Assembly: GCA_965221755.1 (NCBI GenBank)
Contig: OZ244921.1
Location: 2,706,334-2,770,333 of the forward strand
Length of the DNA stretch: 64,000 bases
Reading direction: 5' to 3'
Source: Candidatus Azophilus sp.
GTDB lineage: Bacteria; Pseudomonadota; Gammaproteobacteria; Pseudomonadales; Azotimanducaceae
Shown: one piece after another, positions 54,218-63,561 of the stretch
How positions within the stretch are numbered: the first letter of the stretch is position 1
Layout of the letters: each line of letters starts with the position of its first letter
The notes under the pieces: generated by a model
Database searches by the model: none
Told to the model about the DNA's origin: nothing
The model's input: the letters and a program-made list of their open reading frames with translations, nothing else
Made by a program: the position numbers and the translations under genes

Positions 54218-55381
54218 CTACTTGGACAGGGTGTTCATGCCCTCTTCGAGCCCGCGGATGGTCAACGGATACATGGCGCCGTTGACCAGCTTCTGGGTCA
54301 TGCCCACCGAGGTGGAGTACTCCCAAGTCTCCTGGGGGGTGGGATTGATCCACACCAGCTTGTCGTACAGCGCCGTGAAGCGGGCCATCCAGTGGGCGCC
54401 AGGCTCCTCGTTCCAGTGCTCGACGCTGCCGCCGGCGTGGGTGATCTCGTAGGGCGCCATGGTGGCGTCGCCGACGAAGACCACCTTGTAGTCCTGGGCG
54501 TACTTGTTCAGCACCTCCCAAGTGGGAATGCGCTCGGTCATGCGGCGGCGGTTGTCCCTCCACACCGATTCGTAAATGAAGTTGTGGAAGTAGAAGCTCT
54601 CCATGTGCTTGAACTCGGTGCGGGTGGCGGAGAACAGCTCCTCGCAAATCTTGACGTGGGCGTCCATGGAGCCGCCGATGTCCAGGAACAGCAGCACCTT
54701 GACCGTGTTTCTGCGCTCCGGCTGCATCTTGATGTCCAGCATGCCGCCGTTGTGCGCGGTGGAGCGAATGGTGTTGTCCATGTCCAGCTCCTCCGCCTTG
54801 CCGGTGCGGGCGAACTTGCGCAGCCGCCGCAGGGCCATCTTGATGTTGCGGGTGCCGAGTTCCACGGAATCGTCAAGGTTCCTGTACTGGCGCTCGTCCC
54901 AGACCTTCCTGGCCTTCCTCTTCTTGCCCTTGCCCATGCCGCCGGGGCCTTTGCGCCCGGTTTGGTTGGGATCGTCGCCCTCCTGGCCCTCCTTGGCTTG
55001 CTTCGCCTGCTCCGCTTCGGCCTGCTCCTTGGCTTCGCGGAAGGCCTCGATCAGCTTCTCCAGGCCACCGAGGGATTCGATCCTCTTGAGATCCTCAGCG
55101 GTCAGCGACTTCTCGAACTCCCGGCGCAGCCATTCGTCGGGGATCAGCGACTCCAGCATGCCGTGCAGGTCCTCAAGGCCCCGGAAGTAGGCGCTGAAGG
55201 CGCGGTCGAACTTGTCATAGTTCTTCTCGTCCTTCACCAGGCAGGTGCGGGTGAGCAGGTGGAAGTCGTCGAGATCGGCATAGACCAGGCGGCGCTTGAG
55301 GGCGGCGAGCAGGTCCATGAGCTCGCGGATGGTGACCGGCACCTGGTACTTGCGCAGGGTGAGGAAGAGGTTGATCAGCAT
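54218..55381 (-). CDS. VWA domain-containing CoxE-like protein
   Basis: MLINLFLTLRKYQVPVTIRELMDLLAAL... and LLFLDIGGSMD (MIDAS). Paired with the upstream MoxR ATPase. Confidence 0.8.
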   Translation of the reverse strand: MLINLFLTLRKYQVPVTIRELMDLLAALKRRLVYADLDDFHLLTRTCLVKDEKNYDKFDRAFSAYFRGLEDLHGMLESLIPDEWLRREFEKSLTAEDLKRIESLGGLEKLIEAFREAKEQAEAEQAKQAKEGQEGDDPNQTGRKGPGGMGKGKKRKARKVWDERQYRNLDDSVELGTRNIKMALRRLRKFARTGKAEELDMDNTIRSTAHNGGMLDIKMQPERRNTVKVLLFLDIGGSMDAHVKICEELFSATRTEFKHMESFYFHNFIYESVWRDNRRRMTERIPTWEVLNKYAQDYKVVFVGDATMAPYEITHAGGSVEHWNEEPGAHWMARFTALYDKLVWINPTPQETWEYSTSVGMTQKLVNGAMYPLTIRGLEEGMNTLSK

Positions 55382-55405
55382 GGGGGTTGCCGGCGTGGGC
55401 GCCGC

Positions 55406-56254
55406 TCAGCCGCGGGCGTCGCGGCGGTTCATGAAGGCGAGCCGCTCGAGCAGGTGGACGTCCTGCTCGTTCTTGACCAGCGCGCCGTACAGGGGCGGGA
55501 TGGCCTTGCTGGCGTCCCGGTTGGCGAGGATCTCGTCGGGGATGTCATCCGCCATCAACAGCTTGAGCCAGTCGATCAGTTCCGAGGTGGAGGGCTTCTT
55601 CTTCAGGCCGGGCACCTTGCGCACGTCGAAGAAGATCTCCATCGCCTCCTTGACCAGCTCGTTCCTGATGGACGGGAAGTGGACCTCGATGATGTCGCGC
55701 ATCGTCTCCCGGTCGGGGAAGTTGATGTAGTGGAAGAAGCAGCGTCGCAGGAAGGCGTCAGGCAGCTCCTTCTCGTTGTTGGAGGTGATCACCACGATCG
55801 GCCGATGCCTGGCCGTTACGGTCTCGGACAGTTCGTAAACGAAGAACTCCATGCGGTCGAGTTCCTGCAGCAGGTCGTTGGGAAACTCGATGTCGGCCTT
55901 GTCGATCTCGTCGATCAGCAGCACCACCCGCTCTTCGGACTCGAAGGCCTCCCACAGCTTGCCCTTCTTGATGTAGTTGCGGATGTCCCCGACCCGCTCG
56001 TCGCCGAGTTGGGAATCGCGCAGCCTGGAGACGGCGTCGTATTCGTAGAGGCCGTTGATGGCCTTGGTGCTCGACTTGACGTGCCACTGGATGAGCCGCA
56101 GCCCAAGGGTCTTGGCGACCTCCTCCGCCAGCATGGTCTTGCCGGTGCCGGGCTCGCCCTTGACCAGCAGGGGGCGTTCGAGCTTGACCGCGGCGTCCAC
56201 GGCCATGCTCAACTCGTCGGTGGAAATGTAGGTGTCGGTGCTGTCAAAGATCAT
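55406..56254 (-). CDS. MoxR/CoxD-like AAA+ ATPase
   Basis: From ATG 56254: MIFDSTD...LLVKGEPGTGKTMLAEEVA, VVLLIDEIDKA. The track ORF is extended to 56326. Confidence 0.85.
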   Translation of the reverse strand: MIFDSTDTYISTDELSMAVDAAVKLERPLLVKGEPGTGKTMLAEEVAKTLGLRLIQWHVKSSTKAINGLYEYDAVSRLRDSQLGDERVGDIRNYIKKGKLWEAFESEERVVLLIDEIDKADIEFPNDLLQELDRMEFFVYELSETVTARHRPIVVITSNNEKELPDAFLRRCFFHYINFPDRETMRDIIEVHFPSIRNELVKEAMEIFFDVRKVPGLKKKPSTSELIDWLKLLMADDIPDEILANRDASKAIPPLYGALVKNEQDVHLLERLAFMNRRDARG

Positions 56255-56384
56255 GGGGCTTGCCTTGGGCTTGCTCGCGGTGGAGGCGGCGCGAAACGCC
56301 CGACGGCGCCGCGGCGCCGTCGGCACCAGCGTTGCAAAGCCGCCACTTTAATGGAGCCTGCCGGGGTCAATCAAGGTTTTGTGC

Positions 56385-56525
56385 GGGCTCACAAACAATT
56401 CGGAAGCTGGCCCCCGCAACGGTGTGCGGGCTCAGAAACATACCGGAATCTGATCCAAGCGACGAGCGCGGAGTTTCGCGCCAGCGAAACTCCATCCGCG
56501 ACCGTCAGGTCGCGCAAGTCCTTGC
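56385..56525 (-). repeat. REP/MITE-like element family A, ~1.5 copies, inverted orientation
   Basis: GCTCAGAAACATACCGGAATCTGATCCAAGCGACGAGCGC + GGAGTTTCGCgccaGCGAAACTCC (56470-56493) + ATCCGCGACCgtcaGGTCGCG. An extra GCGGGCTCACAAACAATTCGGAA half-copy lies at 56385. Confidence 0.8.
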
Positions 56526-56650
56526 CATGTGCTAGGCTGTGCCCTCGAAGCAATGTCATGCACGGCGGCGCCAGTACGAGTGCCCGTGCGGTGATGCCAC
56601 CCGAAAAGATGATCGCTGTTGTTGCCAGTGCAATAGGAAGTTGTTGAGCT

Positions 56651-58222
56651 ATGCGGGCGAGAAGTTCGGAGCGGCGGGCGCAGGCGGCATCGACGCATGG
56701 CCAGGTGCATCCGCTGGGATTGGCGCTGGCGGTGACGGCCTTCCTCGGCGTCCTAGTCCCAACCACGCTTTGCGCGCTCACCGCCGACGACGGGCAGGAG
56801 GCCGTTATCGACCTGACCGTGCGCGATGTCATCGTTCTGGCGCTGCGCAACAGCCGGGTCCTCGAGAACCAGCGTCTCAACCGCTCGATAGATCGGTTGG
56901 CCCTGGGCTTGGCCGAGGCCGAGTTCCGCCCTAGAGTCACGGTCGATGCCTATTCGCAGCGCAACCAAACCAACGTTGTCAACGAGACCGCCGGCGTCGG
57001 CTCCGCGATCCGGCTGCGCATTCCGACTGGCGGCGAGTTCTCCGTCTCCTCCCGCTTTGCGGATCTCGGCGGCGGGTCGGGATTCGCATCGCACAGCGGC
57101 GTCCTGGAATTGACCTTTGTTCAGCCGCTGTTGCGCGGGGCGGGGTTCGGCGTCGCGCGGGCGGCGCTGCGGACGGCGCGGATCGGCGAGGAGATCAACG
57201 TCCTATCGTTCGAAGCGTCGGTGGTCTCCCTGATGTCGAGCGCGCTGAGGGCGTTTCGTGCCTACGTGCAGGCGGGGCGCCGCGATGAAATCGCCGCCCG
57301 CTCGCTGCAGCGGGCGCAGGAGCTGCTGCAAGTGAACCAGTTGCTGGTGCAGGCCGGACGCATGGCGGAGCGCGACGTGATCCAGACCGAGGCCGACATC
57401 GCTCGCCGGGAGCTTGACGTCATTTCCGCCGCCGGCGGCCTCGACAATGCCCGTCTGAGCCTTATTGACGTGCTGGACATCGATGCCGGGACGCGGTTTC
57501 GGGTGGCCGACGGGCTCGGCGCCGATCAGCCTGAGCCGCTGTCTCTCGAGGTTGAGGCGGCGATGGAGATGGCGCTCGCCAATCGGCCCGACCACCAGAT
57601 CAGTTTGCTCGGCATCCGCAACGCCGAAACAGGGCTAATCGTGGCGCGCAATGCGCGTCTGTGGAATCTCTCCCTCTCCCTTGGCAGGACGTTCAGGGCA
57701 TCCGGCAACGACTTTGCGGGTGCTTTCAGCGGCTTTGATCGCACCGGCAACCGCGCCGGCCTGAACCTCAACGTGCCGATCGGCCGGGCGGCGGCAGGGC
57801 CGGCGCGGCTTGCGCAGCGTCGCGCCGAGGCCAGCCTGCAAATCGCCCGCAATGGCCTTGACGATCTGCGTCAGCGCATCGCGGTCGAAGTGCGCAACGC
57901 CGTTCGCGAGGTGGAACTGGCCGCACAGCGCTTGGAACTGGCGCGCAGGGCGAGGTCGCTGGCGGAGCAGAAAATGGAGATCGAGCGCGAGAAGCTGAAT
58001 CTGGGGGTGACCACGAACTTTCAGCTGGTCGCCTTCGAGAACGATCTCGTGTTTGCGGAGAACGCCGAACTGGATGCGCTCGTCAGCCACCTGAATGCCG
58101 CGACCGAGTTGGACCGCAGCTTGGGAATAACGCTGGAGCGCTGGGGCATCGACCTCGACCGCGTCGAGCACGGCGCTGAAGAAGCCGAGCGCTTCGGAAT
58201 CGATGCCGCGGGTGCGCGGTAG
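56651..58222 (+). CDS. TolC-family outer-membrane efflux protein
   Basis: 523 aa. Signal peptide, then two OEP repeats (LRNSRVLENQRL..., ALANRPDHQISLL...). Confidence 0.8.
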   Translation: MRARSSERRAQAASTHGQVHPLGLALAVTAFLGVLVPTTLCALTADDGQEAVIDLTVRDVIVLALRNSRVLENQRLNRSIDRLALGLAEAEFRPRVTVDAYSQRNQTNVVNETAGVGSAIRLRIPTGGEFSVSSRFADLGGGSGFASHSGVLELTFVQPLLRGAGFGVARAALRTARIGEEINVLSFEASVVSLMSSALRAFRAYVQAGRRDEIAARSLQRAQELLQVNQLLVQAGRMAERDVIQTEADIARRELDVISAAGGLDNARLSLIDVLDIDAGTRFRVADGLGADQPEPLSLEVEAAMEMALANRPDHQISLLGIRNAETGLIVARNARLWNLSLSLGRTFRASGNDFAGAFSGFDRTGNRAGLNLNVPIGRAAAGPARLAQRRAEASLQIARNGLDDLRQRIAVEVRNAVREVELAAQRLELARRARSLAEQKMEIEREKLNLGVTTNFQLVAFENDLVFAENAELDALVSHLNAATELDRSLGITLERWGIDLDRVEHGAEEAERFGIDAAGAR

Positions 58223-60021
58223 TGTCCACTCTGAACCCATCTGCCGCAACGGCGCCCGAGCAGACTGCGGACAGGCTGCACGAGGCGGTTCTCCGCACCT
58301 TGGCGAACGCCGTGATCTCGGTGCGGCCGGATGGCGTGATCACCACGTTCAACGCCGCCGCCGCCGCCATTACCGGGATTGCCGCCCAGGAGATCGTCGG
58401 CCGGACGTTTGCCGAGGTCTTTCTCGTCATCAAGGATGCCGAGGACTTCACGCAGGCCGTGCTCGACTCGGTGTACGGAGAACCCCTCGTCAGCCAGCGC
58501 GTCATCGAGGCCGATTTCGGCAACGGGCCGCGCGCGCTGTCGATGAGCGTTTCCCGCATTGCCGGCGGAGATGACGCCGGCGTTGCGGTGGTGTTCGATG
58601 ACATTTCCGAACTTCGGGAGTTGCAGGCGAGGGAAATAGCCCTAGCGCAGGAAGTCGATGCCCAGCATAAGGAACTGCGCCAAGCCTACCTGAACCTTGA
58701 GGAGCAGAACCGCACCTTGGCGGAAGCGAGCCGGCGGACCCGGCTTGCCCGCCTTGGCGGGCTCGGGGCGGCGGTTGTGCTGTTGACCTTGGCCGGCCTG
58801 TACGCGCTCAGCCTGCGTCCGGACGAGCCGAGCCGCGAAGCCCGGGCGACGGCGACGGCCTCAGCCGAGGATGCCGTGCTGACCGTCGAGCCGCAGCAGC
58901 TCACGGAAACGGTCACAATGACCGGCCAGCTCGCGCCCCTTCGTGAAGTTGACATCATCAGCCCGGTCACTGGCAAGGTCTCGGTCGTCCATGTGCCGTT
59001 CGGCGCGCGCGTGGAAAAGGATGGGATGCTCCTTGAGCTTGACGTCACGGAGGCGCGCGTTGAGCACCGCGATGCCCAGGCGCGTCACATCAAGGCGCAG
59101 GAGCGTTTCGCCGAGGTTGAGAACTGGGACGAGAGCGTCGAGGTCTCGCGCGCGCGGCGCTCGCTGGCCACGGCCAAGCTTGCCCTTGAGGACAGCCGCA
59201 GGCGGCTTGAGAACACAGCCTTCCTGTTCGAGCGCGGCGTCATTCCCGAGTCCGAGCACACGGCCGCACAACGCGACTTCACCAGCCGCAAGCTCGACCT
59301 CGATGCTTCCGAGCAGGATTTTGCCAGCGTCCTGCAGCGGGGTGAATCCGAAGTGCGCATTGCCAAGCTCGAACTCGAAAATGCCCGCGTGCAGCTCCAT
59401 GAGCTCAGCGAATCGCTGCGCTTGTCCGTATTCAGGGCGCCGGTGGCCGGGGTGGTCATGCGTCCGAGGGCCGGCGGTGGCGGCGGGGCGATGGGGCGGT
59501 CCGGGGGAGGCGGGCGCATCGCGGCAGGGCAAGCCGTTTCCCAAGGCGACCGCTTGATGACGATTGGCGACCTTGACGGAATTTCCATAGTCGGACGCGT
59601 CGATGAGACCGACGTGGTCCGGATCAGCGCCGGCAAGGTGGCGTTGATCACTGGCGACGCCTTTGCCGGCACGGTGCTTGAGGGGGTGGTGGAGCAGGTC
59701 TCCACTGAGGCAACGGTGTCGCAGCGCATGTTGCCGTACTTCGATGTGAAGGCGATTGTCCCCAACCTGACGCCGGAAGAGACGGCGGCCATTCGCCTCG
59801 GCATGTCCGCGGTGCTCGATGTGGTCGTGCGCACGGAGCCGGAAGCCATCCTCATACCCCTTGCCGCGGTCTCGATGGTTAACCGAAAGCCCTTTGTTCG
59901 CGTCCTTCGCGGCGAAGAGCCGGTCTCCGTGCCGGTCGTTGCCGGCGAAGCCACGATCAGCGGCGTGGAAATTCTTGAAGGCATCGATCCCGGTGACCGA
60001 ATTCTGCTGCCGGGAGGCTAG
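58222..60021 (+). CDS. PAS domain fused to an HlyD/MacA-type periplasmic adaptor (membrane fusion protein)
   Basis: Residues ~15-135 form a PAS domain (LANAVISVRPDGVITTFNAAAAAITGIAAQEIVGRTF...VVFDDISELRELQ). A coiled coil follows, then the TM helix LGAAVVLLTLAGLYALSL. Next come the lipoyl/beta-barrel MFP blocks (GQLAPLREVDIISPVTGKV...MLLELD; VFRAPVAGVV). Confidence 0.8.
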   Translation: MSTLNPSAATAPEQTADRLHEAVLRTLANAVISVRPDGVITTFNAAAAAITGIAAQEIVGRTFAEVFLVIKDAEDFTQAVLDSVYGEPLVSQRVIEADFGNGPRALSMSVSRIAGGDDAGVAVVFDDISELRELQAREIALAQEVDAQHKELRQAYLNLEEQNRTLAEASRRTRLARLGGLGAAVVLLTLAGLYALSLRPDEPSREARATATASAEDAVLTVEPQQLTETVTMTGQLAPLREVDIISPVTGKVSVVHVPFGARVEKDGMLLELDVTEARVEHRDAQARHIKAQERFAEVENWDESVEVSRARRSLATAKLALEDSRRRLENTAFLFERGVIPESEHTAAQRDFTSRKLDLDASEQDFASVLQRGESEVRIAKLELENARVQLHELSESLRLSVFRAPVAGVVMRPRAGGGGGAMGRSGGGGRIAAGQAVSQGDRLMTIGDLDGISIVGRVDETDVVRISAGKVALITGDAFAGTVLEGVVEQVSTEATVSQRMLPYFDVKAIVPNLTPEETAAIRLGMSAVLDVVVRTEPEAILIPLAAVSMVNRKPFVRVLRGEEPVSVPVVAGEATISGVEILEGIDPGDRILLPGG

Positions 60022-60022
60022 C

Positions 60023-60892
60023 ATGGCTGCGCTCGATGCGGTTCGACGAGGGTGGATGCGGATTGCGGGCTCTTTGCAAAAAGACCCCGGATCATCCCCA
60101 TCTTCCGCAAGGCTTGACGATGCCCGCGCATCGGCGGAAGCCGGCACGCCCCTGCTGAGCCTCTCCGGCGTGCGCAAGCGCTACATCGTCGGGCCGGTCG
60201 AGACGGAGGTGCTCAAGGGCGTGGATCTGGAGGTGCATGCCGGCGACCTGCTTTCGATCATGGGCACATCAGGCTCCGGCAAATCGACGCTGCTCAACGT
60301 CATGGGGCTGCTTGATCGCCCAACGAGCGGTTCCATCAAGGTTGCCGACCGCGACCTGTCGGCCTTGGACGACGATGAAATTTCCGAGGCCCGCAACCTC
60401 AGCATCGGCTTCGTTTTCCAGTCCTTCCGGCTGCTGCCGCTCATGACGGCTTGGCAGAACGTTGCCCTGCCGCTCGCCTACCGCGGCCTTGACGGCGCAT
60501 CGGCGCGTGAGCGCGCCGAAGAGATGCTCAAGAGAGTGTCGATGGATGACAAGGCCGAACATCGTCCCGACCAGCTGTCCGGCGGGCAGCAGCAGCGGGT
60601 TGCCATCGCGCGGGCGCTGGTGACCTCGCCCGCCATGCTGCTCGCGGACGAACCCACCGGGGCGCTTGATCCGGACACCGGCGACGAGATCATGCGCCTG
60701 TTCACTGAACTCAATGCCGCGCGCGGCATTGCGGTGACGATCATCACCCATGACCTCGCCGTCGCGCGCCGGTGCGCCCTCAACATGCGTCTCGTGGACG
60801 GGCGGCTCATGCCGGCGGGCAATTCTGCCGCCGGCGCGCTCCCGTCACCCTCGCCGCAAGTCGTTGCGCCGGACGCGGAGACCGCGCCATGA
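60023..60892 (+). CDS. ABC transporter ATP-binding protein (MacB/LolD type)
   Basis: GGGAGG is followed by ATG 60023. GTSGSGKST (Walker A), LSGGQQQR, LLADEPTGALD. Confidence 0.88.
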   Translation: MAALDAVRRGWMRIAGSLQKDPGSSPSSARLDDARASAEAGTPLLSLSGVRKRYIVGPVETEVLKGVDLEVHAGDLLSIMGTSGSGKSTLLNVMGLLDRPTSGSIKVADRDLSALDDDEISEARNLSIGFVFQSFRLLPLMTAWQNVALPLAYRGLDGASARERAEEMLKRVSMDDKAEHRPDQLSGGQQQRVAIARALVTSPAMLLADEPTGALDPDTGDEIMRLFTELNAARGIAVTIITHDLAVARRCALNMRLVDGRLMPAGNSAAGALPSPSPQVVAPDAETAP

Positions 60893-62082
60893 CCATGTCC
60901 ACGTCCACGCAGTTGCATGAGGCCGCACGCAACCTGCGCGCCGCCAAGCAGCGAACGCTGCTCGCCCTGATCGGCATCGTCATCGGCATCGGCGCGGTCA
61001 TCGCACTGCTGACGACGGGTTCGATTGCGAGATCCGAGGCCCTGAGACAGTTTCGTTCGTTGGGCACGGACATGGTTTCCGTCGTTGACATGAGCCCGCA
61101 CGGGTTGGATGAACGACGGCGGGTGCTGCAAGCATCCGATGCAATCGGACTTGTCGGCTTGCCGACGGTGGTCTCCGCGGCGCCCCACACACTGGATTTC
61201 GCGACTGTTCCGCTGCCCAACGAAGGCTCCATGTACCTGTCCAAGGTCGGCGTCACCGCTGATTTTGCCGACATGCACGACGTGGTGCTGGCCGAGGGGC
61301 GCTTCATCTCGCCATTCGATGGCCTTAACTCATTCGCCGTGCTCGGCTCGGGCATTGCGCGGCAGATGCGCGACGGCGGCCTTATGCCCGAGGTCGGCAA
61401 GCACATCCGCATCGAAAGGAACATCTACCTCGTGGTGGGGTTGCTCGCCCCCTCCAACGCCGACGGCCCGCCGGGCGTGCGCATTGACGACAGCATGATG
61501 CTGCCGGTCGAACTTGCCGCCCGCGAGCGGGCGAACGACGAAGTGCAGAGCATTACCCTGCGCATGGGTCCCGATGTCCACTACTTGGACGCGACCGATG
61601 AGATTGTGGGGCACTTCGCGCTGGTCGCGCCCGAAATGCAGATCCGCGTTGACAGCCCGGTGCCGCTCATCGAGCAGATGGAGGCGCAAATGGGCCTGTT
61701 CGCCCTGCTGCTCGGCGCGGTCGGCGGCATCTCGCTTGTGCTTGGCGGCGTCGGGGTGATGAACGCCATGCTGTCGTCGGTCAGGGAGCGGCGGCTTGAG
61801 ATCGGCATCCGCCGCGCCCTTGGCGCAACGCGCGGCGATGTGCAGCGGCAGTTCCTTGCCGAGGCCGTGCTCCTGTGCCTAGTCGGCGGCGCGCTCGGCG
61901 CATTGCTCGGCATTGGCGCCTCTGTCGGCATTAGTCTGTATTCGGGGTGGACTTGGCAATGGTCGGCATCGGCCGTGGCCTTGGGCTTGGGAACCGCCTG
62001 CGCGGCCGGCATTTTTTTTGGCTACCACCCCGCAAGGCAGGCGGCGCGTCTCGATCCGGTTGTGGCCATGCGCGACAATTAA
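60889..62082 (+). CDS. ABC transporter permease (FtsX/MacB-type)
   Basis: ATGA overlap at 60889-60892. MTMSTSTQLHEAARNLRAAKQRTLLALIGIVIGIGAV. C-terminal FtsX block EIGIRRALGATRGDV. Confidence 0.85.
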   Translation: MTMSTSTQLHEAARNLRAAKQRTLLALIGIVIGIGAVIALLTTGSIARSEALRQFRSLGTDMVSVVDMSPHGLDERRRVLQASDAIGLVGLPTVVSAAPHTLDFATVPLPNEGSMYLSKVGVTADFADMHDVVLAEGRFISPFDGLNSFAVLGSGIARQMRDGGLMPEVGKHIRIERNIYLVVGLLAPSNADGPPGVRIDDSMMLPVELAARERANDEVQSITLRMGPDVHYLDATDEIVGHFALVAPEMQIRVDSPVPLIEQMEAQMGLFALLLGAVGGISLVLGGVGVMNAMLSSVRERRLEIGIRRALGATRGDVQRQFLAEAVLLCLVGGALGALLGIGASVGISLYSGWTWQWSASAVALGLGTACAAGIFFGYHPARQAARLDPVVAMRDN

Positions 62083-62103
62083 GGGAACATCCTCTCAACC
62101 GCT

Positions 62104-62448
62104 TCATGTCTTCGCTTGATGTCGGCCCGGCCCAAGCCATGACCATAGGGCCGCCGCGACGGTAGCCAGCAGGCAAGTGGCAAGCAGCAGCTTCAGGGCT
62201 TGGGTCGGCTCGCCCCGGGCTTGGAAGACGGCTTCAAAAAGCGCAACGATGGCGGCGGGGGCGTAGTGGCCCGCAAAGTTCGGCACCGGCGCCGGAGTGA
62301 GCATCAGGGCGAGGCTCAAGGCACGCAGCCAAGTGCGCAGGAAGCGGCTGCGCAAGTGGCGCGTCAATGCGCGGATGCCGACGAAGGCGAGCAGGGCGGC
62401 GGCCAGCGCGACGGTCCATGCGATTTGCTCGCTCATTGGCGGCTGCAT
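62104..62448 (-). CDS. small membrane protein, unknown function
   Basis: ~114 aa from ATG 62448 (8 nt after the rnd stop). Three hydrophobic segments. No family recognised. Confidence 0.4.
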   Translation of the reverse strand: MQPPMSEQIAWTVALAAALLAFVGIRALTRHLRSRFLRTWLRALSLALMLTPAPVPNFAGHYAPAAIVALFEAVFQARGEPTQALKLLLATCLLATVAAALWSWLGPGRHQAKT

Positions 62449-62455
62449 TCGGGGC

Positions 62456-63550
62456 TCAGGGCGCTTGAGCGTCGAGTATGGCGGCGAATTCGCTGCCAAC
62501 CAAGGCGCCACGCCAGCCCCGGTGGGTGGCAGGCAGCTCGCCGGTCGATGCGTGGTGGCGCAGGCAGGCTTCCAAGTCCCGCCGCCTCGACAGCAGTTCG
62601 GGCGCCAGCCCCAGGCTCGCCGCCCGCTTGACGCCGACGGCGCGCAGTTGCTTGACCAGTGCGTTCTGGCCGCCGCTTAGCGGCCGGGGGACGGTGGCCT
62701 CGGTCGGCGCGGCCCGGCCTTCGCGGTGGGCGGCGATCAACGCATCGCCGTAGCGCTGGGTCAGCCGGCGCGGCAGGTGCGCCTCAACCAGTGCCGCAGC
62801 CAAGTCCGCATGGCGGGCGAACTGCAGCAGGTGCTCGTCCCAGACCACCCGATTGCGGGGCTTGTCCTCCGCCATGGCCTGGCGCTCGCGCCAAGCGCAA
62901 AGGGCCTTGAGCGCTCCGAGTTGGGCGCCGTTCAGGCGCCAAGCGCCCTTGACGCCCAAGTAGTAGCGCTCCGGCTCGATGCCTTTGGCGGCTTCGCGCA
63001 GCGCCATGTCCTCCCGAAACCAATGCCAGCGGCCCTTGGCTTCAAGTTCGTCGCTGAGCAGCCGATGCAGCGTGGGCAGGGAGGCCACGTCCTCACAGGC
63101 GTAGCTGACTTGCGCATCCGAAAGCGGCCTGCGCAGCCAGTTGGAGCGCACTTGCTGCTTCGGCAGCTGCAAGCCGAGCAGGGCTTTGACCAGATTGGCG
63201 TAGCTGATGCTGAAATGCTCGGAGACGAAGGCGTAGGCCATTTGGGTGTCGAACAGGTTGGCGGGCCGTGCGCCTAGGTGATGGGCGATCAACTCAAGGT
63301 CCTCGGAACATGAATGCATGATCTTGACCGTTGCCGGGTCTTCCAGCGCCTGCGTCAGCGGACGCCAGTCGTCGATGGCCAAGGGATCGATCAGCCAGAT
63401 TTCCGTGCCCGCCGCCAGTTGGTACAGCCCGGCAATGGGGTGGAAGGTGTCGGTGCGCTGAAACTCCGTGTCCAGGCCGATGACGCCGTGCCACCGCCCG
63501 GCGGCATCTGCCAGCCGCGCATTGGAGTCGATCCATTGGTGCCTGGGCAT
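62456..63550 (-). CDS. rnd: ribonuclease D
   Basis: From ATG 63550: MPRHQWIDSNARLADAA...IGLDTEFQRTDTFHPIAGLYQLA (DEDDy exonuclease), YACEDV, HRDC-like C-terminus. The track ORF is extended to 63916. Confidence 0.85.
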   Translation of the reverse strand: MPRHQWIDSNARLADAAGRWHGVIGLDTEFQRTDTFHPIAGLYQLAAGTEIWLIDPLAIDDWRPLTQALEDPATVKIMHSCSEDLELIAHHLGARPANLFDTQMAYAFVSEHFSISYANLVKALLGLQLPKQQVRSNWLRRPLSDAQVSYACEDVASLPTLHRLLSDELEAKGRWHWFREDMALREAAKGIEPERYYLGVKGAWRLNGAQLGALKALCAWRERQAMAEDKPRNRVVWDEHLLQFARHADLAAALVEAHLPRRLTQRYGDALIAAHREGRAAPTEATVPRPLSGGQNALVKQLRAVGVKRAASLGLAPELLSRRRDLEACLRHHASTGELPATHRGWRGALVGSEFAAILDAQAP

Positions 63551-63561
63551 TTCGGCCTGGA

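Noticed and set aside
54198-54647. N-terminal extensions of track ORFs: hrpA to 54647, rnd to 63916, binding protein to 29526, MoxR to 56326, repeat protein to 49786
   Set aside because: The extensions are Arg/Pro/His-rich, overlap neighbouring genes or repeats, and precede internal ATGs at which the conserved N-termini or signal peptides begin.
54173-56647. 824-aa plus-strand ORF spanning the VWA and MoxR genes
   Set aside because: It is antisense to two ORFs with strong family motifs. Its composition is low-complexity (G/A/L/V/H/Q-rich) and it crosses an intergenic repeat.
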